From a virus (taxonomy: Duplodnaviria > Caudoviricetes): DNA of 61,719 nt. Below are positions 23,342-32,390 of the stretch, piece after piece. The notes under the pieces are model-generated. The model saw only the letters and a list, made by a program, of their open reading frames with translations, was not told where the DNA came from and did no database searches. Positions within the stretch are counted from its first letter, which is position 1, and each line of letters starts with the position of its first letter. Location: positions 1 through 61,719 of the IMG/VR virus record IMGVR_UViG_3300030389_002537; one strand, given 5' to 3'. Both the position numbers and the translations under genes were made by a program.

Positions 23342-23824
23342 TGATTGAGGATCAATATACCAGTCTCTGTAAGGTATTACCTCATAGCTATTTAACTCCC
23401 TCAGATCGTGTAAAGCAAGCAGTGTTATTTGATCCTGCCTATCTTTTCTTTGGTATATTTTACGGTATGCATCCTTCTTCCACACCCTCTTACTAAAGTC
23501 AACATTCTTCTTACACCAGTCTAGCAGTTCTTCACGCTCAACACGAACATAACCTCCTACCTCGCACATTTCGAATGCTATCCATTTAGCCTTACCAAGT
23601 AGCCAACCTGCATCGCCTCTTACATTCTTAAACTCTACCCATATCTCATCAGGTAAATTATTGCCTTTGACATCAACACCGTCTTCACCGTGCCAATAAT
23701 CAATGTGCATTTTTATATCTTCATCTCTCGATGATTTAACAGCGTCTGGACAAGCCCTTTCGTAACGGGTCGCAGAAACACCGCCGTCCCTCCAGGACCG
23801 CCTAAGTCTACCTTTATCTACCAT
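23321..23824 (-). CDS. PD-(D/E)xK-like nuclease-fold protein
   Basis: HIDYW..VDVKG..IWVEFKN..GWLLG motif pattern. Confidence 0.5.
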   Translation of the reverse strand: MVDKGRLRRSWRDGGVSATRYERACPDAVKSSRDEDIKMHIDYWHGEDGVDVKGNNLPDEIWVEFKNVRGDAGWLLGKAKWIAFEMCEVGGYVRVEREELLDWCKKNVDFSKRVWKKDAYRKIYQRKDRQDQITLLALHDLRELNSYEVIPYRDWYIDPQSLDKKDI

Positions 23825-23828
23825 AGTA

Positions 23829-24044
23829 TTACAGGTTATGTATCTCCTTCGCAGCTTCTCTAATTAGATCAAGCTCGATGTTCATTGCTTGCCTCAGATC
23901 AAGTATTGCCCTGTTTATCTTATCCGTATCTGTAATTGGCTCTCCATCTTCATCATGCATAAACTCATCATAATAGGCGGTTATATGCTCGCGCATGCGT
24001 ACACACGCTTTGCAATACTGCCAGCTAAGTTCATCCTTCGTCAT
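23829..24044 (-). CDS. Hypothetical protein
   Basis: 71-aa ORF packed within the operon. Confidence 0.65.
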   Translation of the reverse strand: MTKDELSWQYCKACVRMREHITAYYDEFMHDEDGEPITDTDKINRAILDLRQAMNIELDLIREAAKEIHNL

Positions 24045-24477
24045 TTTGAATGGATTTTAGTATTTCATCGACCGCTTGGTCGACCTGTTGTTTATTTCTC
24101 GCAAGGTACACATCGTACCCTAAGTCATTATTCATTATATACCCTAAAAATATCTTCCACCGCATCGGAAAATCATGATGAGACGGTAGATATCCTTTGG
24201 TTTCTATTATCCACTTATGATCCTTACCCACAAAGTCAGGTGTGTACCGAATCGGTTGCTGTACTGAGTTAGTGCGATCAGACATAAGCTTTTTTTTTGC
24301 AGTCATCTTAAAATACTTGTTCGTAAATCGAAAAGAATCCATAAGAGTAAACTGCGTTTCTTCATAGGTAAACTTTATGCCTGATTCACGAAGCTTGTCT
24401 GAACAATACTTCTCAATCGCGGACTTAAACTTACCTAATGATTTTTTAGGGGCGCGTTTGCGCTTATTGCGTTTCAT
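24031..24477 (-). CDS. T7 endonuclease I-like Holliday junction resolvase
   Basis: FKSAIE..FTYE..YTPDF..IIETKG motifs. Confidence 0.75.
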   Translation of the reverse strand: MKRNKRKRAPKKSLGKFKSAIEKYCSDKLRESGIKFTYEETQFTLMDSFRFTNKYFKMTAKKKLMSDRTNSVQQPIRYTPDFVGKDHKWIIETKGYLPSHHDFPMRWKIFLGYIMNNDLGYDVYLARNKQQVDQAVDEILKSIQNDEG

Positions 24478-24483
24478 TGGAGG

Positions 24484-24516
24484 ACAAGTTACACTCCGTG
24501 TAAGTATACTTCCAAA
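24484..24516 (-). promoter_or_regulatory. Possible promoter (TTTG-N21-TAACTTGT)
   Basis: Intergenic; shares ATAAATTTGGA with the 32472-32503 promoter; -7 degenerate. Confidence 0.45.
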
Positions 24517-24517
24517 T

Positions 24518-26320
24518 TTATTTTAATAAAATTTCAGAGAAATTTATTGCAGATTGTGTATCTCCCTCAAAATGAATAGGTTCGAATAATTTTTCTCTAG
24601 TCTCCCACGATGTAAAACCAGTATGAGATAGATTCATTAGCAGATTATATGGCTGATCAAATGGTGTAGGCTGACCGCCTGTCTCTACCTCACGCACTTT
24701 ACGCACATGGAACTCACTGAGTTTACGTATGTTATGGTCTGGTGCTTGAACCTTTCGATGAATAGTAATGAAACAATCAGCACGGTTAACAAATTTACCG
24801 CCTCCCTCTGTATCCTCAGCAAATGGTGCAACTGGCAAGCCATCTGATCCTTTACGTCTTTGTGCTTCTGTTACAGCATGCATATTCAGCCATACAGCTA
24901 CGTTGTTTGCTGTTGAGTATGTAAGAAACTCACTAGCAGCTTCATAGTGGTAGTCATGTACACCAATACTTGAGTTCTTCATGTCTAACTTCAATGAGTT
25001 GTAGGGATCTACAAATATGGCATCTATTTCTTGTTGCGATCTAACCTTCTCCATGAAGACTATAATGTCGCTGTAGCTGTATACCTGATTATTATTGATG
25101 ATAGTGAAGTGTTCTTGCACCCACTTGTATGCCTGCTTGCGCTGAGCATACGTCATATCACCAACCTTTCTGTCTGCTGCAAACTGCATAAGCTGCATCT
25201 TTACTGATGCGGTTCTGTTCTCAGATGAGTATATCAACCACTTCCAGTTATGACGTATAGCTGCGTTTGCAATTAAATATAGCGCTGTAGTTGTCTTACC
25301 TACATTACTGTGTCCGTTCATGATCACAAATTCCTTCTTGTATCGGAAATACTCATCGAGTTTTGGATCTCCTGTATCCAATCCCACCTCAATATTACCT
25401 TGTGAGAAGTCGTCAATCCACCTAAAGTCCTCATCATCAGATGATATGAATGACATATCACCGTCGTTGATAAGCATTTGACGCTTAGCTTGTTTCTCTT
25501 CATCAATAATCTCACGTATAGGTGTATTTTTTCCGTTCTGAATCATATCCACAATAGTAGACATAGCTTGATCTTCAGAATCTAAATCTCTCTTTGAGAT
25601 CTCACGAAATAACACGCGAACCGCTTCGTCCTCCTCCATACGCCCAGCCGCAATGTATCCACCACACAATCGCGCAGCCTTTACAAGAGCTCTATGCTTG
25701 TCACCATCCTCAGCAGCTCGTATAATACGTGCAGCTAGGTTAAGCTTCATGTAATCTGTATACTTATAAGCTTCGTTTGTAGGTGTTTGAGCCTCAGCAA
25801 ACTCTGTAGAGAATGCTCCGAACTTTTTCCATTCATCTTTGATGATGATGTCGGGGTCGTGAGATTCAAAGCATGCACGAGATTCATTGATACCTGACTC
25901 GTCAACCTCAAGTGTGTATTGCTTATTAAAGTACGTGCACAAGGCACGAAAGTGATCTCTGTGTCTCTCTGGGTTTGTTATCTGCACAAGCGCTTTAACG
26001 CCGTCACCAGACGGTGACACCCAGCAAGAATGGACATACTGATCCGTAGCCAAAGCTGTCTTCGTCGCGTCAACATTAACGTGATCGAAGTCCAGAACAA
26101 TGTATCCGCTATGTTCGAAAAGCGCATCGTCAGATCTTGACGAAAACTCACCACTGAAGCATACAATCGGTAGCTTACGTTTCTTTTCTTTTTCTCCATT
26201 ACGAACCTTCTGTATCAGATCCTGAGACTTCCCGTCTTGTATACGAGATAGTGCAGTCGCCAACTGTATGTGATGTGGCGCTTCCTTGTCGAATACATTC
26301 TTGAATATTGTTACTTTCAT
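24518..26320 (-). CDS. Primase-helicase (VirE-N/BT4734-like primase domain + SF4 helicase)
   Basis: KRKLP, DFDH, SPSGDGVK and SRACFES motifs; Walker A GHSNVGKT; VDPYN; ATG start at 26320 (MKVTIF). Confidence 0.8.
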   Translation of the reverse strand: MKVTIFKNVFDKEAPHHIQLATALSRIQDGKSQDLIQKVRNGEKEKKRKLPIVCFSGEFSSRSDDALFEHSGYIVLDFDHVNVDATKTALATDQYVHSCWVSPSGDGVKALVQITNPERHRDHFRALCTYFNKQYTLEVDESGINESRACFESHDPDIIIKDEWKKFGAFSTEFAEAQTPTNEAYKYTDYMKLNLAARIIRAAEDGDKHRALVKAARLCGGYIAAGRMEEDEAVRVLFREISKRDLDSEDQAMSTIVDMIQNGKNTPIREIIDEEKQAKRQMLINDGDMSFISSDDEDFRWIDDFSQGNIEVGLDTGDPKLDEYFRYKKEFVIMNGHSNVGKTTTALYLIANAAIRHNWKWLIYSSENRTASVKMQLMQFAADRKVGDMTYAQRKQAYKWVQEHFTIINNNQVYSYSDIIVFMEKVRSQQEIDAIFVDPYNSLKLDMKNSSIGVHDYHYEAASEFLTYSTANNVAVWLNMHAVTEAQRRKGSDGLPVAPFAEDTEGGGKFVNRADCFITIHRKVQAPDHNIRKLSEFHVRKVREVETGGQPTPFDQPYNLLMNLSHTGFTSWETREKLFEPIHFEGDTQSAINFSEILLK

Positions 26321-26573
26321 TGTCGTTTGCAATCATTAGTAGGACCATATATCCAGCACAGTCCATTAGTGTGTCTTCTGTCTCATCATTGAGACCTACA
26401 TTAGCTATTCTTTTTAGCTTGTCGTCAAGTCTTATTCTTATAGCTTCGGACGCTTTAAGGGAAGAAAAAATGCCTACAGGGTTCAAAGCTGAATCCCCGT
26501 AAGCATCGTTTTTCTGTATAAGCAAGTCCTCAATCTCTTGACATTTTAATTTAATTTTGTCTTTTGTGTTCAT
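26199..26573 (-). CDS. DUF1599 / nucleotide-modification-associated domain 1 protein
   Basis: KNDAYGDS..IRLDDKLKRI..DTLMDCAGY motif. Confidence 0.7.
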   Translation of the reverse strand: MNTKDKIKLKCQEIEDLLIQKNDAYGDSALNPVGIFSSLKASEAIRIRLDDKLKRIANVGLNDETEDTLMDCAGYMVLLMIANDNESNNIQECIRQGSATSHTVGDCTISYTRREVSGSDTEGS

Positions 26574-26826
26574 CTAGTGTTACTTGAGATCGTGATAACT
26601 CCACACTATCCAATATCTCACGCACGATAATTTCTTTGTTCTTTGCCTTTGGCGTGAAGTATTTCTCGCGAAGGCGGTGCATAGTTTTCTTATCGTAACG
26701 CATGATATCAGACGGTGTGTCGAATACAGTGACTATCCACTCTTTACGCTCGTGTACGACCTTCCGTTTTTTGAAGGCAACACGAACGTGCGAGTGTCTA
26801 ATCATAGGTTTAGAATGGCATGTCAC
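26551..26826 (-). CDS. Hypothetical basic protein
   Basis: ORF packed within the operon. Confidence 0.6.
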   Translation of the reverse strand: MTCHSKPMIRHSHVRVAFKKRKVVHERKEWIVTVFDTPSDIMRYDKKTMHRLREKYFTPKAKNKEIIVREILDSVELSRSQVTLDEHKRQN

Positions 26827-27118
26827 TTGTTACAGCTTCTGCCTCAGCCTTTGCCTGCTTCTCAGCACGCTTTGCCTTAGCTGCCTCACTATTCGGATCG
26901 AATACCGAACAGCACGGCTTACCATTCTTAGACATGAAAAGCTTTACATATACGTTACCGCCTTGCCCTTCGGCATTGCGCGTAGTTGCAAATTTTTCAA
27001 TCATTTCTTTCAGCTCTGTGTCTTTAAACTTGACAGACCAGCTTGAAAGTTGTCCCTCGTACATACGAGGCTCTTCGCAGTACCCAACGAGTACTGAATC
27101 ATAACTTTGATCACTCAT
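26810..27118 (-). CDS. Single-stranded DNA-binding protein-like
   Basis: Ends in DMPF, an SSB-type tail; next to recombination genes. Confidence 0.65.
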   Translation of the reverse strand: MSDQSYDSVLVGYCEEPRMYEGQLSSWSVKFKDTELKEMIEKFATTRNAEGQGGNVYVKLFMSKNGKPCCSVFDPNSEAAKAKRAEKQAKAEAEAVTSDMPF

Positions 27119-27190
27119 GATACAAATGTATTAATTATTAAAAAGTGTAATGCGTAGATTATCAATAGGTTCCACGCGACCTTGCATGTT

Positions 27191-27952
27191 TTATACAATA
27201 AATTCTGCATAACTATTCTGTGTTGGTGAGCCCTCGGTTAACCATTGTTTGATGTTGCCGACCGCTTCATTAAACTTCATTTCTCCCTTGAATAGTGTTT
27301 CATCTGAACACTTAACCAAGGCTGGGTAAAATGGGTAGGTTTTTTCCTGGACAACCCAGTAGTAATCCTTGATCCCAAACACCTGTGTATATATGTAGGC
27401 TTGGATGTCGTAACACCAGCTGTTCACGTCATAGCGAAACTTATCTACACTACGTGAAGACTTGCTGTCTGTTATAAAACCATCCCCCAAGCAGTCAAGG
27501 AATCCTCTGACGGGTACGCCATCAATCTCTTCATTGAATTCTACTTGGTATTGTCCAGATAAATAACTACTGAGTAGACCACAGGCTTCAAGCCTCTCGA
27601 TCATCTCACTCGCTTTCTTCCAATCTTCCTGTGTGACGAGCGTCTTACCCTCATTCTTTTCAGAAATCTCCGCCTTCCATTCTCGGTAACGCTTAGTATT
27701 CCTAGGATATTTACCACCAATATCGGCGACAATATCGCCGTCATCCAAACGATAAAATTGATCATCTAATTTCTCTGGTTCGAACAGCATCATGTCGTAT
27801 AGGCTGCCAAATGTTAATGCATCTGACTCTTTCTTGAGTTGCCCCCTCATGTACATCTCCCAAAGACGCATGTCTCCGAGAGCGTACTTGATAGAGGAAT
27901 AAGAAAGGTGTCCTTTACCCACAGATTCTGTTAGCTGTTCTCTTAATGTCAT
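27191..27952 (-). CDS. RecE / exonuclease VIII-like PD-(D/E)xK nuclease (DUF3799-like)
   Basis: LSYSSIK, FGSLYD, RGFLD, DSKS and YDIQAYIY motifs. Confidence 0.75.
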   Translation of the reverse strand: MTLREQLTESVGKGHLSYSSIKYALGDMRLWEMYMRGQLKKESDALTFGSLYDMMLFEPEKLDDQFYRLDDGDIVADIGGKYPRNTKRYREWKAEISEKNEGKTLVTQEDWKKASEMIERLEACGLLSSYLSGQYQVEFNEEIDGVPVRGFLDCLGDGFITDSKSSRSVDKFRYDVNSWCYDIQAYIYTQVFGIKDYYWVVQEKTYPFYPALVKCSDETLFKGEMKFNEAVGNIKQWLTEGSPTQNSYAEFIV

Positions 27953-28473
27953 CTTACAAACTTCTTGAGTCCAGCTACTTGCTTTTCAGTGAGTTGCTCA
28001 CCATATTTAGCCACCACAGAATCAAATGCTTTGCGCTTGTCTGTTGATGTCTTGATATAACCAACCGCCTTATCCATAATATTTTCTACACGTGCAGATG
28101 ATGATGAATCACTTTCTTGCTTAGCAATAGCGTCATTTACCTCATTGGCTGATGCGATAGAGGTGTCGATACCGATACCCATCATTGCAAGAGCTCTACC
28201 TATGGCTGATGTTTCACAGTTTTCTACGTAGCTAGTCTTGTTGATATGGCTACCTGAACGCTCTTCATGTGCGTGTCCTGTAGCTATTACACGCTGATCT
28301 TTGTCAGCTATAATGCATTTGCATACACACATTTCTGAATCAAGAGCGGTAAACTCTGTAGATATTGTCCAGTTTTTGTACTCATCTTCCTGGCGAAAGA
28401 ACTTAATACGCTCGTTTACTTCGACGTATTGCTTGCCACGTATGTTCGTGGTCTTGAACTTATAGTTACTCAT
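27949..28473 (-). CDS. ssDNA-annealing protein (Rad52/Sak-like fold)
   Basis: GKQYVEVNERI..ATGHAHE..ENCETSAIGRALA motif; paired with the exonuclease. Confidence 0.6.
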   Translation of the reverse strand: MSNYKFKTTNIRGKQYVEVNERIKFFRQEDEYKNWTISTEFTALDSEMCVCKCIIADKDQRVIATGHAHEERSGSHINKTSYVENCETSAIGRALAMMGIGIDTSIASANEVNDAIAKQESDSSSSARVENIMDKAVGYIKTSTDKRKAFDSVVAKYGEQLTEKQVAGLKKFVR

Positions 28474-28507
28474 ATAAATTAAATTTAATTGTTTACAAAA
28501 TTAGTAA

Positions 28508-28921
28508 TTAGAAATGTTCTAAGCAAGAAATTTCTCTTTTAATTTTAAGGTACATGCCAAGACTTTGCATAAGCTTGACTGCACCTGACTTCACCCCATG
28601 TGCTGCTCTCTCGTAGTCCACCTTAAAGGTTTGTTCTGTTCCGAGCAGCTCTTCGATTAACTCTTCGCCTGCATAACTAGATGCTAGTTGATCAAGTAAA
28701 TCAGTCATTGTGGAATCAGTTACCTCTATAAATATCTTTACGATATCCTCTGGTGTCCATTTCTTCCACTCATCGTACCCAAACTTCTGTATGTCTATCT
28801 TGCACAGATTACCTGCACAATCTACTATATCGAAGTCATCATCATCTTCACAGTCATCTATAAAGATGTCTATGTATCGTAGTGCTTCATCTTCTGTAAT
28901 CAAAATCCAAAGTTTTTGCAC
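28508..28921 (-). CDS. Acidic hypothetical protein
   Basis: 137 aa, D/E-rich; non-ATG start. Confidence 0.6.
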   Translation of the reverse strand: MQKLWILITEDEALRYIDIFIDDCEDDDDFDIVDCAGNLCKIDIQKFGYDEWKKWTPEDIVKIFIEVTDSTMTDLLDQLASSYAGEELIEELLGTEQTFKVDYERAAHGVKSGAVKLMQSLGMYLKIKREISCLEHF

Positions 28922-29097
28922 AAATCGTACACGTTTGACATTTTAGCTACTAGCTTGTGGTTAGAAATTGTTCTATCTCTATCTTTCCTAGCAGTTTCAT
29001 ATTCTTTCACGAACAGCTTGATAAGATGCATTGCATCTACATGCTTGGGTGTTAGCTGCATGGTTGGGGGGAATAAATATTCTTTTGTTTTACTCAT
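28900..29097 (-). CDS. Hypothetical protein
   Basis: 65 aa; preceded by AATCCAATAAAG leader motif. Confidence 0.6.
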   Translation of the reverse strand: MSKTKEYLFPPTMQLTPKHVDAMHLIKLFVKEYETARKDRDRTISNHKLVAKMSNVYDLCKNFGF

Positions 29098-29172
29098 CTT
29101 TATTGGATTGATATGTTAAATAAATAGCTGTCACTATATAGAACAGTGCAACTGGAATTAGTACTTGTAAAT

Positions 29173-29643
29173 TCATGTGAATTTTTGTGTTTTAATTGTT
29201 TCATTCTTGTTAGCCACGCTGTGTTTCTCACCAATGTAGTAGTTCCAGTACGCATCGACTGAACATTCTGACTTGTACTTATCGGGCATACATTGAGGCG
29301 GTTGCTCAAATGACTCATGTGGTATGTCATCGGGCGCACTGAACAAAGAATCCTCGCATTTACTTATTGTCATGTGTTCCCTACCGTATTTCCAACGATA
29401 TATTGTGCCTAACGACATCATGTGTTCGTACAGCCAATCGTAATGCAGTGAGTTCTCACGCACCCACTTGGTAGATGGGTGGTTGTAGTGCGCTTTCTTG
29501 TATGGCACGTTGTCGCCATTACCGTAGTGATGGTGTGCTGTGCATAGCATCTGTGCTGATTCAAGTATCATCTTTACTACATGTTTGTCATACATGTAGC
29601 TAGCGGCTACGCTTGGATCTTCGTGTAAATAAAATATATTCAT
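29173..29643 (-). CDS. Pyrimidine dimer DNA glycosylase (T4 endonuclease V)-like family protein
   Basis: MNIFYL..DKHVVKMILESAQML..HYNHPS..PQCMPDKYK..AYWNYY motifs. Confidence 0.75.
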   Translation of the reverse strand: MNIFYLHEDPSVAASYMYDKHVVKMILESAQMLCTAHHHYGNGDNVPYKKAHYNHPSTKWVRENSLHYDWLYEHMMSLGTIYRWKYGREHMTISKCEDSLFSAPDDIPHESFEQPPQCMPDKYKSECSVDAYWNYYIGEKHSVANKNETIKTQKFT

Positions 29644-29657
29644 GTTAATTAAATTAG

Positions 29658-29753
29658 AGTGAGCAAGAGGAATCGAACCTCAATGCATAACCAATAAAAG
29701 CAGTCAATCGGGTAGGGGCATCACACCCTAGCGGATCTTGCCAGACGCTCACT
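29658..29753 (-). ncRNA. tRNA-like structured RNA, about 95 nt (not a canonical tRNA)
   Basis: Acceptor-like stem GTGAGCG/TGCTCAC; T-arm GAGG-TTCGATT-CCTC; internal hairpin TAGGG/CCCTA; intergenic. Confidence 0.55.
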
Positions 29754-29763
29754 AAGTATGTCG

Positions 29764-29946
29764 TTACATACCAATCAATATCTCAAACGCTTTGTCCATA
29801 GCATAGGTGCGTTGCTGTGTCATCGTACCGCATACTTGTGGTTTCGGTAACAATATAGATGCATCATCAATAGTGTATGTGGTTGCACCTCTTTGTATAG
29901 CGTTAGCTATCTGTCTTTGGTGGTGTAGTCTTTCTTGTGTAGTCAT
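29764..29946 (-). CDS. Hypothetical protein
   Basis: 60-aa ORF in the early operon. Confidence 0.55.
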   Translation of the reverse strand: MTTQERLHHQRQIANAIQRGATTYTIDDASILLPKPQVCGTMTQQRTYAMDKAFEILIGM

Positions 29947-29978
29947 AGTGTGTTATTTTGCTTTCATATATCCATCGC

Positions 29979-30206
29979 TTAGTCCTCGACTGACGTACCC
30001 GTTTCGGTATCATCATAAGTATCGTCCTGAGGCTCTTTGCTATGCTCTGCTTTATGTAAATCATTTAATTGCATTTGTAGTTGTTCCGCTATGATACGCC
30101 ATTGCATAGCGGATTTCAACAGAGTTGTCTTGGTGTTTGCCTTGAGAACAGTTTTAATCTGCTCCTTTGTCCACCCCTCTAGTGGGTTAAATTCTTGTTC
30201 ACTCAT
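29979..30206 (-). CDS. Hypothetical protein
   Basis: Start MSEQEF at 30206 overlaps the upstream stop (ATGA). Confidence 0.55.
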   Translation of the reverse strand: MSEQEFNPLEGWTKEQIKTVLKANTKTTLLKSAMQWRIIAEQLQMQLNDLHKAEHSKEPQDDTYDDTETGTSVED

Positions 30207-30403
30207 TGATTTTGTACTTTGTTTAATCTTTTTAACTTCTCGTTGTTGCTTAAGGTTTCCCAATCTTTTGGCTTTATTATGCCAGGCGTAGCAAAGACAA
30301 TTCTTTCTTTGCGCTTGATTATTTCTTCTACCTTAGCATCGATTGGTGCGCTCATGTCTTGTAGCATCATGAACATCTTCATAAAATTTGCTGTGTTATT
30401 CAT
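30203..30403 (-). CDS. Hypothetical protein
   Basis: 66 aa; GIIKPKDW motif; coupled. Confidence 0.6.
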   Translation of the reverse strand: MNNTANFMKMFMMLQDMSAPIDAKVEEIIKRKERIVFATPGIIKPKDWETLSNNEKLKRLNKVQNQ

Positions 30404-30671
30404 TGTTATATTGGTTTATAAATTCTATTACTGCCTTGTACATCATGTCTATCCCCCCACTTGACATAGGTGTAATTACAACTATATCGTTTTTGTTATA
30501 TATAGTAACATCACCATCATTTCTATTTACCCAATAGCCAAGACTTTCAATCCTCTCCACTACAGGCATAAGCCAATCCCACGAATTGTGGTATGTGTTG
30601 CCGTGAGCATCACATCTATATTCGTGATTCATAAATTCTGCTATTAGTTTGTTATTGTTAGTGAGTTCCAT
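30396..30671 (-). CDS. Phage protein with YHxSWDWLMPVVE motif
   Basis: NNKLIAEFM..YHNSWDWLMPVVERIESL, recalled as common in Bacteroidetes phages. Confidence 0.65.
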   Translation of the reverse strand: MELTNNNKLIAEFMNHEYRCDAHGNTYHNSWDWLMPVVERIESLGYWVNRNDGDVTIYNKNDIVVITPMSSGGIDMMYKAVIEFINQYNNE

Positions 30672-30831
30672 CGTTTGTTATTTCTTTTATTGCGTCAATA
30701 AGCATATCTCTAGCGTGTGTCGGATCGGACAGCACCGCCTGTACTAGCCATTCAAATTCGTCCTCCATGTTATATCCGTTGCGTATAATATCAACGTACC
30801 TCTCTGCTCGTTCTTGTATCTTGTAACTCAT
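30658..30831 (-). CDS. Small hypothetical protein (57 aa, not in ORF track)
   Basis: MSYKIQERAERYV...DGTH read manually; AAACCAA leader. Confidence 0.5.
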   Translation of the reverse strand: MSYKIQERAERYVDIIRNGYNMEDEFEWLVQAVLSDPTHARDMLIDAIKEITNDGTH

Positions 30832-31060
30832 TTTGTTTTGGTTTAATTGGTTTTGTAATTAGTTCTGCTAGTTCGTGCATACTGAATGATGCGAACCCTG
30901 ATTGTGTTTTTGGTTTACGTTGTCTGTCCTTCATATTTGTTAAAATTACTTACTATTATCTCGCACATAGTTCTCAAAGTGCGGTCTGGCATGTCGTCAA
31001 AGTGTGTAAGCAAGTCCTCTTGCACTCGCTCTCTTAGTTCTCGTAGTTGATGTATTGTCA

Positions 31061-31333
31061 TTATCTCACATTTTGTGTGTTAATATTCCATTCGTCTAGT
31101 ATGTCAAGCACTTTCTCGTGTATACACATTGTGCCGTCATAGTCTAAAAGTTCTTTACCTTCAAGCCATAGCCCACCTTCTTCGTGATATAACATACCAC
31201 CTTCGTCTACATCGCATAACTCAAACCAACCCCACTCATGCTCTGTGTCTATGCTTACCTCTAATTGAATCTCTGCGTCCTTATCTAGCCTACCTATGTC
31301 TTCGGTAAATGTTATTGTTTTATTGTATTTCAT
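31061..31333 (-). CDS. Acidic hypothetical protein
   Basis: 90 aa; GWFE..EGGLW..LLDYDG. Confidence 0.65.
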   Translation of the reverse strand: MKYNKTITFTEDIGRLDKDAEIQLEVSIDTEHEWGWFELCDVDEGGMLYHEEGGLWLEGKELLDYDGTMCIHEKVLDILDEWNINTQNVR

Positions 31334-31518
31334 ATCATTGTAATGTTTCCGTTTGTGTCTATGTAACCCGCATCGATCAGAGCTGATGCAGTTCGCCCGT
31401 AGCTACCTTGTAGCGTCCATGCTTTACCACTGCTGATTAGCTCAGCGAATAGCTCTAGCACTCCCGTGTCGTCTAGAAGACCGCACTCGAAGTCGATTAT
31501 TTTGTCTGTTATATTCAT
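31330..31518 (-). CDS. Small phage protein with AWTLQGSYGR motif
   Basis: Likely start MNITDK at 31518; motif recalled as common in phages. Confidence 0.65.
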   Translation of the reverse strand: MNITDKIIDFECGLLDDTGVLELFAELISSGKAWTLQGSYGRTASALIDAGYIDTNGNITMI

Positions 31519-31772
31519 GATGTTAAGTCCCAAATTAGTTCTACGTTTTCTATAACTTCGAGTTCTCTGTCAGTACATGTTACTCCGTCCTTTACGGGGT
31601 ATATATTAGCTTGTAAGCCAAAATCTTCTCCGTTCTCTAAGAGTACTTCTCCGAATACGTTGATGTCTATGTATGGGCATAAACCCCACCATATATCTCT
31701 GCTTTCTTCGAAGTCTCCTGCGGGTATCACTAGTTCCCCGAATAGTTTTGATTTGATTAGTAATGATTTCAT
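31515..31772 (-). CDS. Hypothetical protein
   Basis: 85 aa; ATACATC-ATG leader. Confidence 0.6.
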   Translation of the reverse strand: MKSLLIKSKLFGELVIPAGDFEESRDIWWGLCPYIDINVFGEVLLENGEDFGLQANIYPVKDGVTCTDRELEVIENVELIWDLTS

Positions 31773-31780
31773 GATGTATA

Positions 31781-31990
31781 TTATTTAATTGATTTTGTAA
31801 ATTCCTTCCATGCCATGCACTCGGTGCTACCTAAGTCTATGGCTATCTCTATGTTGGATATGTGTGTCCATGCATCGTCAGAGTGTATAGTCTGCTCGTA
31901 CATACTTTTACCGCTTTCGAGGTGGTCTATGACTACCTGAGCGTCGTCAATTATCATCTTCATTCGATGTATTAAATCTTCTCGTTTCAT
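31781..31990 (-). CDS. Hypothetical protein
   Basis: 69 aa; AAACCAATAAAACATACATC-ATG leader. Confidence 0.6.
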   Translation of the reverse strand: MKREDLIHRMKMIIDDAQVVIDHLESGKSMYEQTIHSDDAWTHISNIEIAIDLGSTECMAWKEFTKSIK

Positions 31991-32000
31991 GATGTATGTT

Positions 32001-32234
32001 TTATTGGTTTACTTTTGCTTTTACGGATAGCATTTCTGTGTCGCATTGCTCAAGCTCTGCTTCACCTAGCGTATCCCATATCTCATCGTATAGATACTCA
32101 TATCTCAGGTATTCGTCGCCTTCGAGCTCGTAGTTTGTTATTCTTTCAACGGCTGATGGCGTAAGTTCGTCAGGTAAAGCTACCTCGATTGTGGTGGTGT
32201 ATGTACGCACCACTTCTATTTCAAATAGTTTCAT
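32001..32234 (-). CDS. Acidic hypothetical protein
   Basis: Likely start MKLFEIEV at 32234; ends NQ-stop. Confidence 0.6.
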   Translation of the reverse strand: MKLFEIEVVRTYTTTIEVALPDELTPSAVERITNYELEGDEYLRYEYLYDEIWDTLGEAELEQCDTEMLSVKAKVNQ

Positions 32235-32236
32235 GA

Positions 32237-32362
32237 TTATTGGTTTTTTGTCCATGTTTCGTATGCAAAGTCTATTGCATCGTTGATTTCTACTGCCTCT
32301 TCACGAGTGATTGTGTACCCTTCCATTCGGTACACTTCGATAATGTTATCTATTACGTCCAT
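32237..32362 (-). CDS. Small hypothetical protein (41 aa, not in ORF track)
   Basis: MDVIDNIIEVYRMEG...WTKNQ; ATACATC-ATG leader. Confidence 0.55.
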   Translation of the reverse strand: MDVIDNIIEVYRMEGYTITREEAVEINDAIDFAYETWTKNQ

Positions 32363-32390
32363 GATGTATTAATTGGTTTTCGATTGGTTT

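Noticed and set aside
24290-24298. T-run in the endonuclease gene as a slippage site
   Set aside because: Encodes an in-frame Lys run and the ORF is intact
26199-26573. Full DNA hypermodification pathway implied by the DUF1599-like gene
   Set aside because: No accompanying kinase, thymidylate synthase, glycosyltransferase or methyltransferase recognised
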